NCBI GenBank assembly: GCA_022813865.1
Contig: JALDZX010000007.1
Span: forward strand, 434,001 to 498,000
DNA: 64,000 bases
Direction of reading: 5' to 3'
From: Xylographa opegraphella
Taxonomy: Eukaryota
This document shows, one piece after another, positions 12,140 through 23,623 of the stretch. The position numbers were made by a program, and so were the translations under genes. The notes beneath the pieces were generated by a model. That model was given only the letters and a program-made list of their open reading frames with translations. It was not told the origin of the DNA and did not search any database. Numbering within the stretch: the stretch's first letter is position 1; every line of letters starts with the position of its first letter.

Positions 12140-14812
12140 CTAGCTGGGATCCATCTCGCCGATCAAGGTCTTGTTTCTCTTCGTCTTAGGCTTGACAATC
12201 TTGACCTTGGCGGTCTCTCTGATTATTTCAGTTGGGTGATCATCTGCCGCTATGAGCTCTGAAAGTGGTGGCACACTTGCTGTCTTCCGTGGTGCCTTTC
12301 CTCCCGAAGAGGGCGGCTTACTTGGTCCCTTTCGTGGTGCTTTGCCTCCGACTTTGCTCATCGCGGGCTCCTTTGCCACGACCGGTTCCGATATCAGCGG
12401 TTTGCTAGGTGCTTTCCGGGGCGCTTTCCCTCCAGATCCTGGCACAACGTTGTTTGAGACTTCTATATTGCTTGCTATAGAATCCATACTCTCTGTTGTA
12501 GAATTCCGTTGTACGCTATCCGGAGGAGATGTTGAAATGAATTCTGGTAGAATTGGCTGTACCGATTGTCTCCTGACTGCCTGCTTCCTCTCTGACTGCT
12601 CGAGACTGGATCGTCGATGCGTATGTGGCTCCAGTGCTGACTCCTTTTGCTCAGATGTGTTATCTGTATGGAGATTCGCCGCTTTATTTCTGCTGCTCAA
12701 CTCGTTGACCCTACTGTAACCGTGATTTGTTTCAGTGCGCGTTGCGACTGCCTGTTTACTTCTCGCTCTGTTCTCCGTAATGGTGTCAGTCGGCGAGGAA
12801 GCATCTGTTAAGCTATCTCGGTACCTTGACGGCTTACGAGTGGCCATGGGACTTCTTGTTGCAGAAGCGGAGCTTGGAAGATCTGGTGTGAACGGAGTGC
12901 TTCGATCCTTTGGCGTTACTGTCGGTGTGATGGCTGTTGCTGTGCTACCTTTCGTTGTAGAGCTCGTACTGCTGGCTCTCCGAACTCGCTCATTTGGTGC
13001 AGTGCGAGAAACTTGAGAAACCCCAACCACGAGTTGTTCCGGATTCTTATCCTTTGCAACGTTCTGGAAATCGGCTGGAACACTTGCCTCCTTCACCTTG
13101 ACCTTTTCTGAGCGATCTGTCATAGATTTTCCAGAATATTTCATGGATTCGATTCTCAACCGCTCCAGAGCTTCGGAGGACTGCCTGCTCACGCTGGGAA
13201 CACCATAAGCAGTCTTCCACATCTCGTGTATAGAATTCCCCACTGCTGGCGTCTGGAGTGCTGCATTGGGGAAAAATGTTGTACGTCCAGGTTTTGCCGT
13301 CCCTGACCAAGTTCTTTTTGGCTGGACAACGATAGTCGTCGGATCAAAGTCTTTCACTGTGTCTGCCTGAAGAGTAGCAGTAGAATTCGGAAGACTGTTA
13401 GGTTGAGCCAAACCTTCGAAGACTGGTGATGCGTCTGAGGTTACCACAGCTGACTTCGATGGTGCCTGCGTTGTTTCACTCTTGCTATTCGCGATGATAG
13501 AGCCTGGGGGTCGCACTTGATATGGCTGATGTCGTGAACGGCTATTCAGCTTGAGAAATGGTACATTTGAAGATGTATTTTTCAAAGCTTGACCTGTGGG
13601 AACAGATTTTGGTGGTGCTGAAGGAGTCACATCGTCTACATGGACGTATTTACGGCGAACCGGGGGTTTTCTTTTCGCAACATTCAACGCTTCTCCAAAT
13701 GTGTTCGTGCCTTTTATTCGCGCAGCATTCTGCCACAAACTTTCCTGACCAATCACGTCAGTAGCGTGGTCTTGTTCTTCGTCGAGCCCGAGCGTTATCT
13801 GTGACCCGTTTTCCTCTGTCAATTTCGGTGCCCCAACGAGCGGCTCCACCCACCGACTAAGTAAGGATAGTGGTAAGCCTCGTGACTTTAGAAAATTCTG
13901 AGCGTAGACTAGTTCTCCTTCAGTCGTTGTGAAAAAGTCCATCTTGCCGGTCGTGAAAGCAGCGAGGTAATAGCTAAGACGAGCTTGATAAGTCGTTGAG
14001 GTTATATTTGTAAGTCCCATACCATTCCGATCAAGGAGCAGCTGGTTCATCTCATGTTGCATATTTGCAATCCTTGAATCCTCTTTACGCTCCAATTTCC
14101 GGCGATGATGATCCCAAACCACAGTCTCCAGCCATTCCTCCGCAGATAAGCCAAGGATACCGATTACTTGTTCCTCTGTTTTATCTTCTGCCAACAGACC
14201 TTGAATAATTTCAATGCGATGAACAGGAGCAAGTCCCTTCCATTGCGGGGCTCGTATCTGGACTAATGAAGACCGCTGAGTTGTTTGTCAGCTCTGAAGG
14301 TAGGCTGAGGTACGTTGTCTTGCCTTCAGAAGCGCGGATTTTCCTTGTCCATGATTCTCATCTTCATCACTTGTTTCCATATCCTGCATATTCCATTCAT
14401 GTTCTTCCTGGATTAGACCGGATTCCAAGCGCGCAAGGCTTCGATAGTAAGCAGGATGATGAGGGTGGATGCCCAAGTTCCAGGTGTGGTTCCCCATAGA
14501 TACCAAGGATGTTGTTGGAGGATGAGCAGCTGGAGGTGCACTTTGTAGACTTGCATAATCTTGGGTTGTAGATTCCGACTGGTCTGGTAGAGGTTGTTGA
14601 CAGCGTTCGCCAAGCTCAATACCACAATCTAATTCGCTTAGGGTTCGGACTGGTTCATCAAGGGTTGGGAACGCGGCTGGAGGAAGGTGCGGATTGAAAT
14701 CTACATATGGTGGACGGAACAGTGCTTTTCGAGCGGTGGGCATATATCTCTCCCCATCAGAAATCTCAGGCTCGTATCTCTTTGGAGGGACGACGCGTTT
14801 TCTAAGCTCCAT
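12140..14812 (-). CDS. Orphan ~870-aa largely disordered protein with three C-terminal GGKAPRK motifs (one intron near 14270-14325)
   Basis: Exon 1 MELRKRVVPPKRYEPE...FRPPYVDFNPHLPPAAFPTL joins the long ORF 12140..14194 across a ~50-nt intron with a GCTGAC branch point. S/T/K/P-rich, with no family recognised. Confidence 0.7.
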
Positions 14813-15262
14813 CTTGGTTATCTGTTTCGGCCACAAGTTCAAAGTTTGTAATGTATCTGGAATAGGCAAACACCAAGTGGAGGTAATATCCGCCAAGCAC
14901 CAGACGTGATTCACAAGAGGCAGAGGCCATACTGCAATGGTGAATGTCGGACAACACTTGGTAACAGCGGACTCGAATTGCGCTGACACATATGTTGTGA
15001 ACTACATCAGTCACATCAAGATCAGTAGTTGCATGTGTCAAGTAATTAAGCCTTGAAAGAATGAGATTCCTGGGCTGATGTCCCAACTTTTGCTACCTAC
15101 CAGCAACAATACAGTGGAAATTTGCTATTGAGAGCCCATAGTGTCCTAGGCAATGCACAAATGAAATTGCAGATTTACCTAGTGCTGCCTGACTGCTCGC
15201 CGATAGTATGAACAATCCACAAGTATTGGCAATGCAAAAGGTCGTGACAAGCTTCTGAAGAT

Positions 15263-16382
15263 TCACTGATCCAAGAATGGAGCGAACTCATCCCGCCTCT
15301 CGAATCTTCCATCGTCGCGTACTTTATCAGCGCTACCCATATCCACGTCATCGTCATAGGATTCATCTAGGGTTCGTTTCGACGACGTTCCCATACGGCC
15401 TTCCGCAGGTGCGTCTGATGATGGTCGGCGGCGGGTATGTGGATGATTATCTCCAGGAACTCCTGTGCAATCTGCCAGTGATTTGGCGACATCGCGCTTG
15501 GCACGGAGTATGGCTTCGTAAGACTGGAGCAAAAATCTTAGTGAGTCGTCGAAGGACACACAGAAGCGCTGTGCTTGAACCAGTTGAATGGCAGGGATAA
15601 GGTCCTTGCAGAACATTGCCATGATGTAAGCAGCAACTACTGTGGCAGATCTTTCATTCCCAGTCTCGCAGAACACGAGCACCCTGCCAGGTAGAGACGT
15701 TTGAGGTGGCTGTCCTAGTGACGACAGCTCAGCATTCCTCTGTTGTTGGTTTTCATAGGTATGGGAAAGATGAGTATTTATGGCCGCGATAGCTCGTGGA
15801 AAGGCAGCAATTAATTCCTGGTTTCCTGCAACATCGATAGTACAGCTCTCTATTCCCAGATTCAGAGCTGCCTTGGTATGCAGTAGATTAGCCCGTGCGG
15901 CCTGGGTATTCCGAACGGCCATAATCATTGTGATCTGTTCACGTTTGAGGAAAGCCACATCTCGAGCTATTGACAGTGGGCCCAAGTACAGGAATGGTAG
16001 GATCTTCTGGGCCATGCGGCGCTCCTCGTATCTCCAGTTCAACATGGAGTCCATGGCGGTTGTGTCTCCGTCTGCATAGGTGACAATTTTGAGAAACTCG
16101 GAGTTGGCAAATCCATTCGACTCAAAATCTATAGGTCCGCCATCGCCAATGTGAACATCTGGGAAGCCTGCTCCATTGGTTTGAGGCGGTGGAACAATGA
16201 CACGTGGAGGTGAAGGCACTCGGTAGCTCCATTGATGGTTGGGAAGATGAGACGGCGGTGAAGACAAATTTGTGTCGTATGAGGTCTGCCTATTGCTAGC
16301 ATGGCCATCAGTCAGATCTGTCGTCATGCTCGAGGAGCCTGAACTGGTGAGCAAATTGCGGCTCGATAACGGATCCCACATG
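15263..16382 (-). CDS. Atypical dual-specificity phosphatase-fold protein (STYX-like group)
   Basis: WRYEERRMAQKILPFLYLGP followed by GRVLVFCETGNERSATVVAAYIM (CX5R loop) and AIQLVQAQRFCV. Start is uncertain (16382 or 16328). Confidence 0.85.
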
Positions 16383-16914
16383 GCTTGAAAGGATACCAGG
16401 CTCGAGTTGTTCTGAGGTTGCTGGTACTTAACACCACCACGGTTACAGCAAGCTCGTTGACAGAATCCAATCAAGAACTACGATGCCCTTTGTATTTTTC
16501 GTGTCATGCATACTTTGGCTTCCTAACAACAGCGCCTAACAGCCTTTGTATTGTGCATGTTGATCACTGCCCTCTCCTCTCGATCACACAAGTAGCTAGA
16601 ATGGTAGTAGAGCAGGACAAGTTTCTCTTTGCCAATCGGGCCAGATTGTGAGCATTCAACGTGAAATGGAAGCTGCAACTTCGCATTGTTGTTGCCTCGG
16701 GCAAGGCTTTGCGCTAGTCTGTGATCAGTTAGCGTCACCGCAAACAACTATCTCTGCCAGATCATTGGACTGCGCAATACTTCGTATAATGAAGTCTTGA
16801 CATGTGTGAAGGGTTGAACTGCTGTCAAGGGTCGTACATTCGGAACTCGTGTATCGAGGGAGGCAAATTCACATAACATTGCCATAGATCCTTCACAGAA
16901 TGGACGAGCTCATG

Positions 16915-18204
16915 CTATGAACGGACCTCATCGCTATCATTGCCAGAGGATAAGCTCGCACTACTTGCACCTCTTGTCAATGGCGACCGTCCTCCAGAAG
17001 TGGAAGTCCCTCCACCGGCTGGTAAATCAGCAGGCGTGAGTCTCGATATCTGCTGACTTCCCAGTGCCATTCCGACTTTGGGTCTCCGGCGGCCATCGGC
17101 GACACTACCACTACTACTTCCACGCCGCATGCGTCCGCCTCCAGGCTGGTCCTCGGTATCCATGTTGCTAGGCGTGCTACTGCGTGATGTGGTTCGTGAA
17201 TGTGAGCTTCGTTTCGTCTCCTTCTCGCTGTAGTGCCGCTGGTGTATTTTCTCGACGTCGCCAACCACTTTCGCTCGTTTCCACCCTCTCCATCCGGTCC
17301 ACCATAACCATCCTCCTTCATCCTTGGCTCTCTGACGCTCTTGCGCTCGCAGGCGTGATAGTAGAGAAGCGCGCCGTTCATTCTCCTTCTCCCAGTAATC
17401 CTCCCTGTAAAGTTCCCAATTTTCTCTGAATTCAGGCGAGAATGGCTTTGGAAGCAGGAGTACCTTGATATGATCCCCACCCGGGGCAAGATCCTCCTCT
17501 CGAATCAAACTCGTGTCGTCTTCGTGGTGACCCGGTTTGTTGATATGATGGCTGCGCTTCTCTATTGATGCATCGATGTAGTGGTATGAAGAACCGTGAG
17601 AAATGTAGAATGAGGTGTATGGGAAGAGGAAGGACAGATGGCCAAGTAGCTCTTTCCACCAAGGGCCCTTGATCACTACGATTTTGCAATTCATGGTCCT
17701 CAAGCCCCTATTAGCGATACCGACAAATCGTCGCGGCCATCGTACACCTCGCTCCCATTGGCCTGTTCCCCAGATCAATATCCCAGTGACAACTCCACCT
17801 AGGAATGCTATCTTCTCCCCAATCTCAATGACCCAATAAACCGAACCGCCAAGCCCACTACCATCCTCCCGAGGATGTAGGAAGAGTGCATAAAAGAAAT
17901 ATGTGATCCATAGCGCAAGTAGTAGCAGGAAGAATGTATTTTGCCTCCGTCTGGCCCGTAGGGTTAAGAACTGCGAGCGGAGAGAGGCTTCGAGGATGAG
18001 TAGGTTCAAGTATATCTGCGGAGGGGCAGATGGAAGGCTGGCGAGTGGATCTGATGCTGGAGTTCCATTCATCGGTGGGGAAGTTGCGGAGGCTGCGCGC
18101 GCTGGAACAGGGGCTGGAGACGCGAGTCTAGACGTGACCGACGAAACTGATGTGCCAGGTGGCGCGGCGCCTTTGACTACCTGATCCAACTTCGATCCTG
18201 ACAT
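16915..18204 (-). CDS. SPO7: Spo7-family regulatory subunit of the Nem1-Spo7 phosphatase
   Basis: SAPPQIYLNLLILEASLRSQ, two TM helices, WPRRFVGIANRGLRTMNCKIV and LLLPKPFSPEFRENWELYREDYWEKE. The 3' end may include a further intron. Confidence 0.9.
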   Translation of the reverse strand: MSGSKLDQVVKGAAPPGTSVSSVTSRLASPAPVPARAASATSPPMNGTPASDPLASLPSAPPQIYLNLLILEASLRSQFLTLRARRRQNTFFLLLLALWITYFFYALFLHPREDGSGLGGSVYWVIEIGEKIAFLGGVVTGILIWGTGQWERGVRWPRRFVGIANRGLRTMNCKIVVIKGPWWKELLGHLSFLFPYTSFYISHGSSYHYIDASIEKRSHHINKPGHHEDDTSLIREEDLAPGGDHIKVLLLPKPFSPEFRENWELYREDYWEKENERRASLLSRLRAQERQRAKDEGGWLWWTGWRGWKRAKVVGDVEKIHQRHYSEKETKRSSHSRTTSRSSTPSNMDTEDQPGGGRMRRGSSSGSVADGRRRPKVGMALGSQQISRLTPADLPAGGGTSTSGGRSPLTRGASSASLSSGNDSDEVRS

Positions 18205-18845
18205 CGTGAGGCCCTGGAGTCTGTCACGGGGCTCGGGTAGCTCAAGGTAGAGGATTGGGTCCAATCGAGCATTTTACCGAGCCTCCTATAGGTCCTACGT
18301 CGTGGAGGCGGGAAGAGAAAGTGAAGATGCCGCGATCTGACATGGCGCACTCCGCACTGAGAATCGTAGTACGTGGTCATGTAAAAGGCTCATTGACATT
18401 GGGATGCTTGTGACGTCGAAGCCCATGGCACCTCGGGGAAGAGTTGTGCCGACGCTTGCTCTTTGCTCGCGGAGATAACAGCGGCGGAGAGCCTAATGCC
18501 AGAGGTGGTCGACGGTGGTGAGTCGTCATCAACCAAAATAGCTCTCAGCTGTCATTATCTTGAACAATACATAAGGCATCAAAGAGGCGGCGTTTGTATG
18601 CGTGTTTTAACACCTTGTGCTGTATGCACAGAGGTTCGTGCTGCGCCATTTATCGTCGTCTTTTTTCTCCTACCCAGCCTTTAATCCCGACCTCTTGTTC
18701 CCCTTTCGTTCGTGTAACTTTCCGCAACAGTGCTGAATTCAGCAGTGGTTTCGCTGGTCCACCTTCACTTATTTCGTACACACGCCTCGGAGCACTTAAT
18801 ACTGGGATCATAGCCGACAGCGCCCCAAAAAGTCATTTATCGACC

Positions 18846-20531
18846 ATGGCGACCGCGGCATCGGGTGGAGACGACGATTATCGGTCGCGATCCCAACAAA
18901 GTCCTCTGGCTTCTCAGCGCGCAAAGCAAGGAAATCACCCCACGGAAGCGAACCGGACGGGTAGATTTAGTGGAGGTTATTTTCCTTTAGGCTACAAAGA
19001 AGGCTTCAGTCAATGGGTAAGCCAGCTGCCTCCGCTGTAAAGATTGTCAGAGGAATACTTTATTGATAATGGTCAGTGGGCAAACGTCCCGGCTGCTGTG
19101 GCTGAGCATAACGTACTGTCTTACATTCCCTATCTACGAAAGCCTCCTACACATACACAGACAGGCACAAGTACGAAATCCACCGACGGGTCTACCGTGA
19201 CCGTGTCAGATCACGACCTGAAAAGAAGCGTCTCTGCCACAAGTCAATCAGAAAATGACCCTCACGGTAGTCGTCAGTGGAATTCGACACTGGTCAAACT
19301 CAGCGGCACCAACCGAGCACTGAATGAATTCTCTGTGGAGAGGGTGGGAGAAGAGCACGACCAGAACTTGGTCATGCTGCACGGTTACGGCGCTGGACTC
19401 GGTTTCTTCTATAGAAATTTCGAAGGATTAAGTAGAGCACCCGGGTGGAAGATATACGCTTTGGATATGCTTGGTATGGGAAGAAGCAGTAGGCCGCCGT
19501 TCAAAATACACGCAAAGGATCGCGAAGGCAAAATCACCGAAGCTGAGAACTGGTTTATAGATGCATTAGAGGAGTGGAGGATCGCTCGCAAAATTGATCG
19601 ATTCACTCTACTGGGTCATAGTTTGGGAGGATACATGGCTGTCGCATACGCCCTGAAATACCCAGGACGTCTCAACAAACTGATACTCGCATCACCTGTG
19701 GGAATTCCAGAAGATCCATATGCGGTCAATGCAGATATGCCCGAGCCAGGAGACTCGACACTGGCCAATGAGTTTAGCCAGGACCAAGGGCAGACTGTAA
19801 ATGATTCGAATCCTGATATCCCCGACTCTGCCAAGACAGGCGACAATAACAACTTCCTGAATGCTCGCTCCAAAGCGTCATCCACATCTTCGAAGGCATC
19901 CGATAAAAGTCCGCCCCCTCGAAAACCACTCCCTAAATGGCTGACCTATCTCTGGGATGCTAACATATCACCTTTCAGCCTGGTACGGTGGGCAGGGCCT
20001 CTTGGACCTCGTTTCGTCTCAGGCTGGACCTCAAGGCGATTTTCACATCTGCCCCCGGAAGAGGCCCAAGCTCTTCACGCGTACTCGTATACGTTATTCA
20101 AGCAACGGGGCAGTGGCGAATATGCTTTGGCCTACATTCTGGCTCCTGGAGCCTTCGCACGTAGCCCTTTGATCAGACGCATTCAGGGCGTTGGTAGGCA
20201 GATCATCACTCCTTCCGGAGCAACCACTTCGACCGTTGAATCTGCTGCAGCACGACGCGAAACCGGCATACCTGTTGTTATGATGTATGGCGAGAACGAC
20301 TGGATGGACATTGCAGGTGGATATGCAGCCGAGCAGAAATTGAAGGAAGCGAAAGAGAAAGCCTTGGAGAATGCGACTGCCGAGGAACGAAAGAAGGAGG
20401 CGGGAGACGCCAGAGTTTTGGTGATCAAGAAGGCTGGCCACCACGTTTATCTGGACGGTTGGGAAGAGTTCAATGAAGTTATGCTGAAAGAGCTGGCGGA
20501 GACGCGGAGCATGGAGAAAAACAGGCAATGA
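18846..20531 (+). CDS. Alpha/beta-hydrolase of the ABHD4/5-Cld1/Ict1 family (lipid deacylase/acyltransferase; intron 19017-19076)
   Basis: MLHGYGAGLGFF, ALDMLGMGRSSRP, nucleophile GHSLGG, RGSGEYAL and a C-terminal GHHVYLD (HxxxxD motif). Confidence 0.9.
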
Positions 20532-21306
20532 GGCTGTTACATCTATAGAAGTTTTGGTTGTATAAGGCATTCCTAGCGCAGGAGTATTATAGTGCTGTCT
20601 CTGAGGCGGTAAAGGTAAAGCATGTTTTTATAGAGGGCGCATTGGTCCAGTAAGTCGTACGAAGGGAGTGCGTGCGCTCTCGGCTCATAGTTACCTTGTA
20701 GCAAGATCAATATGTTTCCAACACAGCGCCTCGCCTTCGGTAAAAGCATTTCAACCTTCATCGTGATGGTATTTAAAGGGATATGTCTAGCTACAGTGAT
20801 CTGAGAACAGTTTTCTTTGCTCGTGTTTGACGCGTCCATGTCTCTGAAGCTTGATCTATCCGAATGACTACTGCAACATACTAACCCGTGACGCCTTTTG
20901 GGGATTGCACTGCGTTCGCTTCCACTCTGTACATGAGCACTTCCGGATCTACGGTAGCTTGCGAGTCGTCACGTCCTCTGAGACAAGAGGAATGAGCATG
21001 GCAAAAGGAATGAATCGCATGCTAGCTATGGTGAATGCACTGGTATTGTCGTAAGTATGTGATAAGCTGGACTCGGCTTAGAGTGTTCCAGGATACAGAT
21101 GATTGATCCGCACGGCAGACTACGCACGACGCCGCTTCAACTCCGATTCCCAAAATGGCAGGACGCGCAGCCCCTCCTCTAGGCTTCAGTCTGTCTTCGT
21201 AATACTTGAAGCAAATATCCCTCGCTGTAATTGATTTGCATGATCTTGCACATGGTCTCTTGCTGTCTGTACATTACTGTAAAAGCCTTTGATATTTGTA
21301 CGCGAG

Positions 21307-23455
21307 ATGGTTGAGAAAGAATCCTTCGTGGTCGAGCCGAGGCCCTCGTCGTATGCCCACAAGAAGCCTGCTGTGCTGATAATCATCGCATTCATTGCTG
21401 TCTTGAGTCTTCAGTGGCTTTGGCAATCGCAGCATGATACACATGTTTTGACTTCTCCGCCTCATGAGGATAAAAAGGGATTTCGGTGGGAGGATGTACG
21501 TGTTCGACTGCTGTTTCTCCACTGTGCCTCGACTGATTGGATGTAGATCACCCCTTCGACAAGTCTAGAATATCATCAATGTTTCACAGACTTTCAGTGT
21601 GCAAGGCTCGAGGTGCCTTTGGACTGGAACGAAACCATCGCTGGAGAGAGTGACAAAGTTGCCATCGCCATTATCAAGAGGCCGGCAAAAGTCGAGATCA
21701 CGGATCCCAGATATGCCGGTGTCATACTCCTCAACCCAGGTATTCACTCTTAGTGCAATGTTATCTTACAACTATTGATACCCTTCAGGCGGCCCCGGCG
21801 GGTCAGGAGTAAGCCTAATGCTCACCAGTGGGCAGTATCTACAGCTCCTTTTAGACTCGGTCCCCCAAGTCACTGATCATCTGGACATTGATGCCGAAGA
21901 CGAGAAGTATTTCGACCTGTTGAGTTGGGATCCTCGAGGCGTCAACAACACCACCCCTGGCCATGGATGCATCCCAGATCCCATTGCGCAGCGGAACTGG
22001 ATCTCTCAGAACAACGCCATTGGCTTCTCCCTGGAGGACGAGGACGTCTTCCGGAATGTCTATTCGCGAGGTCGACTCCTCGGCCAGACGTGTGCCAATG
22101 TAGACGGCGCCAGTGCCGTCAACAGGGTCAACGGAGGCGAGCACTTGGGCCAGTACGTCAGTACTGCCAATGTGGTCCGCGACATGGTCGAGATCGTTGA
22201 ACGCCATGGCGAATGGCGTGAAAAACATGCCAAAGCCCTACTCTCCCGTTCCTGCGCCCGTTCAAAAGATGCTGCTGCCATTCTCGAACGTACCGCCTGG
22301 CAGCAGGGTGAAGAGCAGCTCCAATACTGGGGCTTCTCCTACGGCACTGTAAGTAATAGCAAGGCAAAACTTGGCCTGAATCACACAATTGGAATGAAGA
22401 CTGATGATATCACACCCACACAACAGCTCCTCGGTCAAACCTTCGCCACCATGCAACCCCACCGCGTGCGCCGCATGGTCCTCGACGGCGTCGTCGACGG
22501 CGCCGATTATATGGGCAACGGCTGGCTGAAGAATATCCTCGACATCGACGGCATCACCGCCGCCTTCGCCGCCGCCTGCTTCCGCGCCGGCCCCGTCCTC
22601 TGCGCCGCCCACGACGCACGCGGCCCGCCCGCCATCCTCGCCACCCTTTCCGCCGTCCTCGCCGACGTGCGCAGCAATCCCCTCCCCGCCTTCCACGACG
22701 CCGTCCCCACAACCATCAGCCACAGCGACGTCGTCCTGCTGCTCTTCTCCCTCTGGTACAGCCCGCTCTTCGGCTTCCCCCTCGCCGCCTCCGCCATCGC
22801 CCAGCTCGGCGCCCGCAACGGCACCGCCCTCGCCGCCCTCAAAGCCAGCTACGCCCCGCACATATGCGACCTGCCCGCCGCGCGCGAGCGTGACACCGCC
22901 GGCGCCCAGATCGCCATCCTGTGCTCCGACGGCGACGGCCACGCCCGCGGCGACATCGGCAGCCAGGACGCCTTCCGCGCCTACCTGGACGCGCTGCGGG
23001 CGCAGAGCCCGATGTTCCACGAGCGCTGGGCCCAGGTCCGCCTCCCGTGCGCGGGCTTCGACGTCCGCGCCAAATGGCGCTTCGAGGGCGCCTTCGGGGC
23101 CCGCACCGCGCACCCCGTCCTCTTCACGAGCCAGAGCCTCGATCCCGTGACCCCGCTGCCGAACGCCGCGCACGCCACCCGCCTCTTCCCCGGCAGCGTG
23201 CTGCTCGAGACCAAGGGCCTCGGTCACTGCGCCGTGAGCATGCCGAGCGTGCAGGGCCTGCTGGCAGTGCGGGAGTATTTCCGCACCGGGGAGCTGCCGC
23301 CCAATGGGACGACGTATGAGGTTTACGAGGGCCCGTTTGGGGAGCGGGCGGAGGAGGTGCTCAGGACGGAGGGGGAGAGGAGGGTGGCGGATGCCGGGTT
23401 GCGGCTGGCGGGGTCGTTGTTCGAAGAGATCATGGGGTCGATTTGGAGCCACTGA
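21307..23455 (+). CDS. Secreted or membrane-anchored TAP-like alpha/beta-hydrolase (peptidase S33 family), 4 exons
   Basis: N-terminal hydrophobic helix, then FQCARLEVPLDW, LLNPGGPGGSG (spliced), WDPRGV, YWGFSYGT, VLDGVVD, LDPVTPL and GHC. Confidence 0.9.
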
Positions 23456-23623
23456 GGTATGGCAGGCAAAGCTGTTGGTATCTGGGCATGACAATGTGAT
23501 TTTGGGTACATCGAATGTCATACCTGCCAAGACATCGTTGTGCGATTACGCCATCACAAGAACCACGGACATGTGCAAAAAAGACACGTATTGCCCTTAC
23601 TCCCTTCCTCCACAATCCCTCCC

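Noticed and set aside
12284..12433. Histone H3 gene or pseudogene
   Set aside because: Only the 7-aa motif matches. There is no ARTKQTARK start or histone fold, and the motifs sit in frame in a long unrelated ORF.
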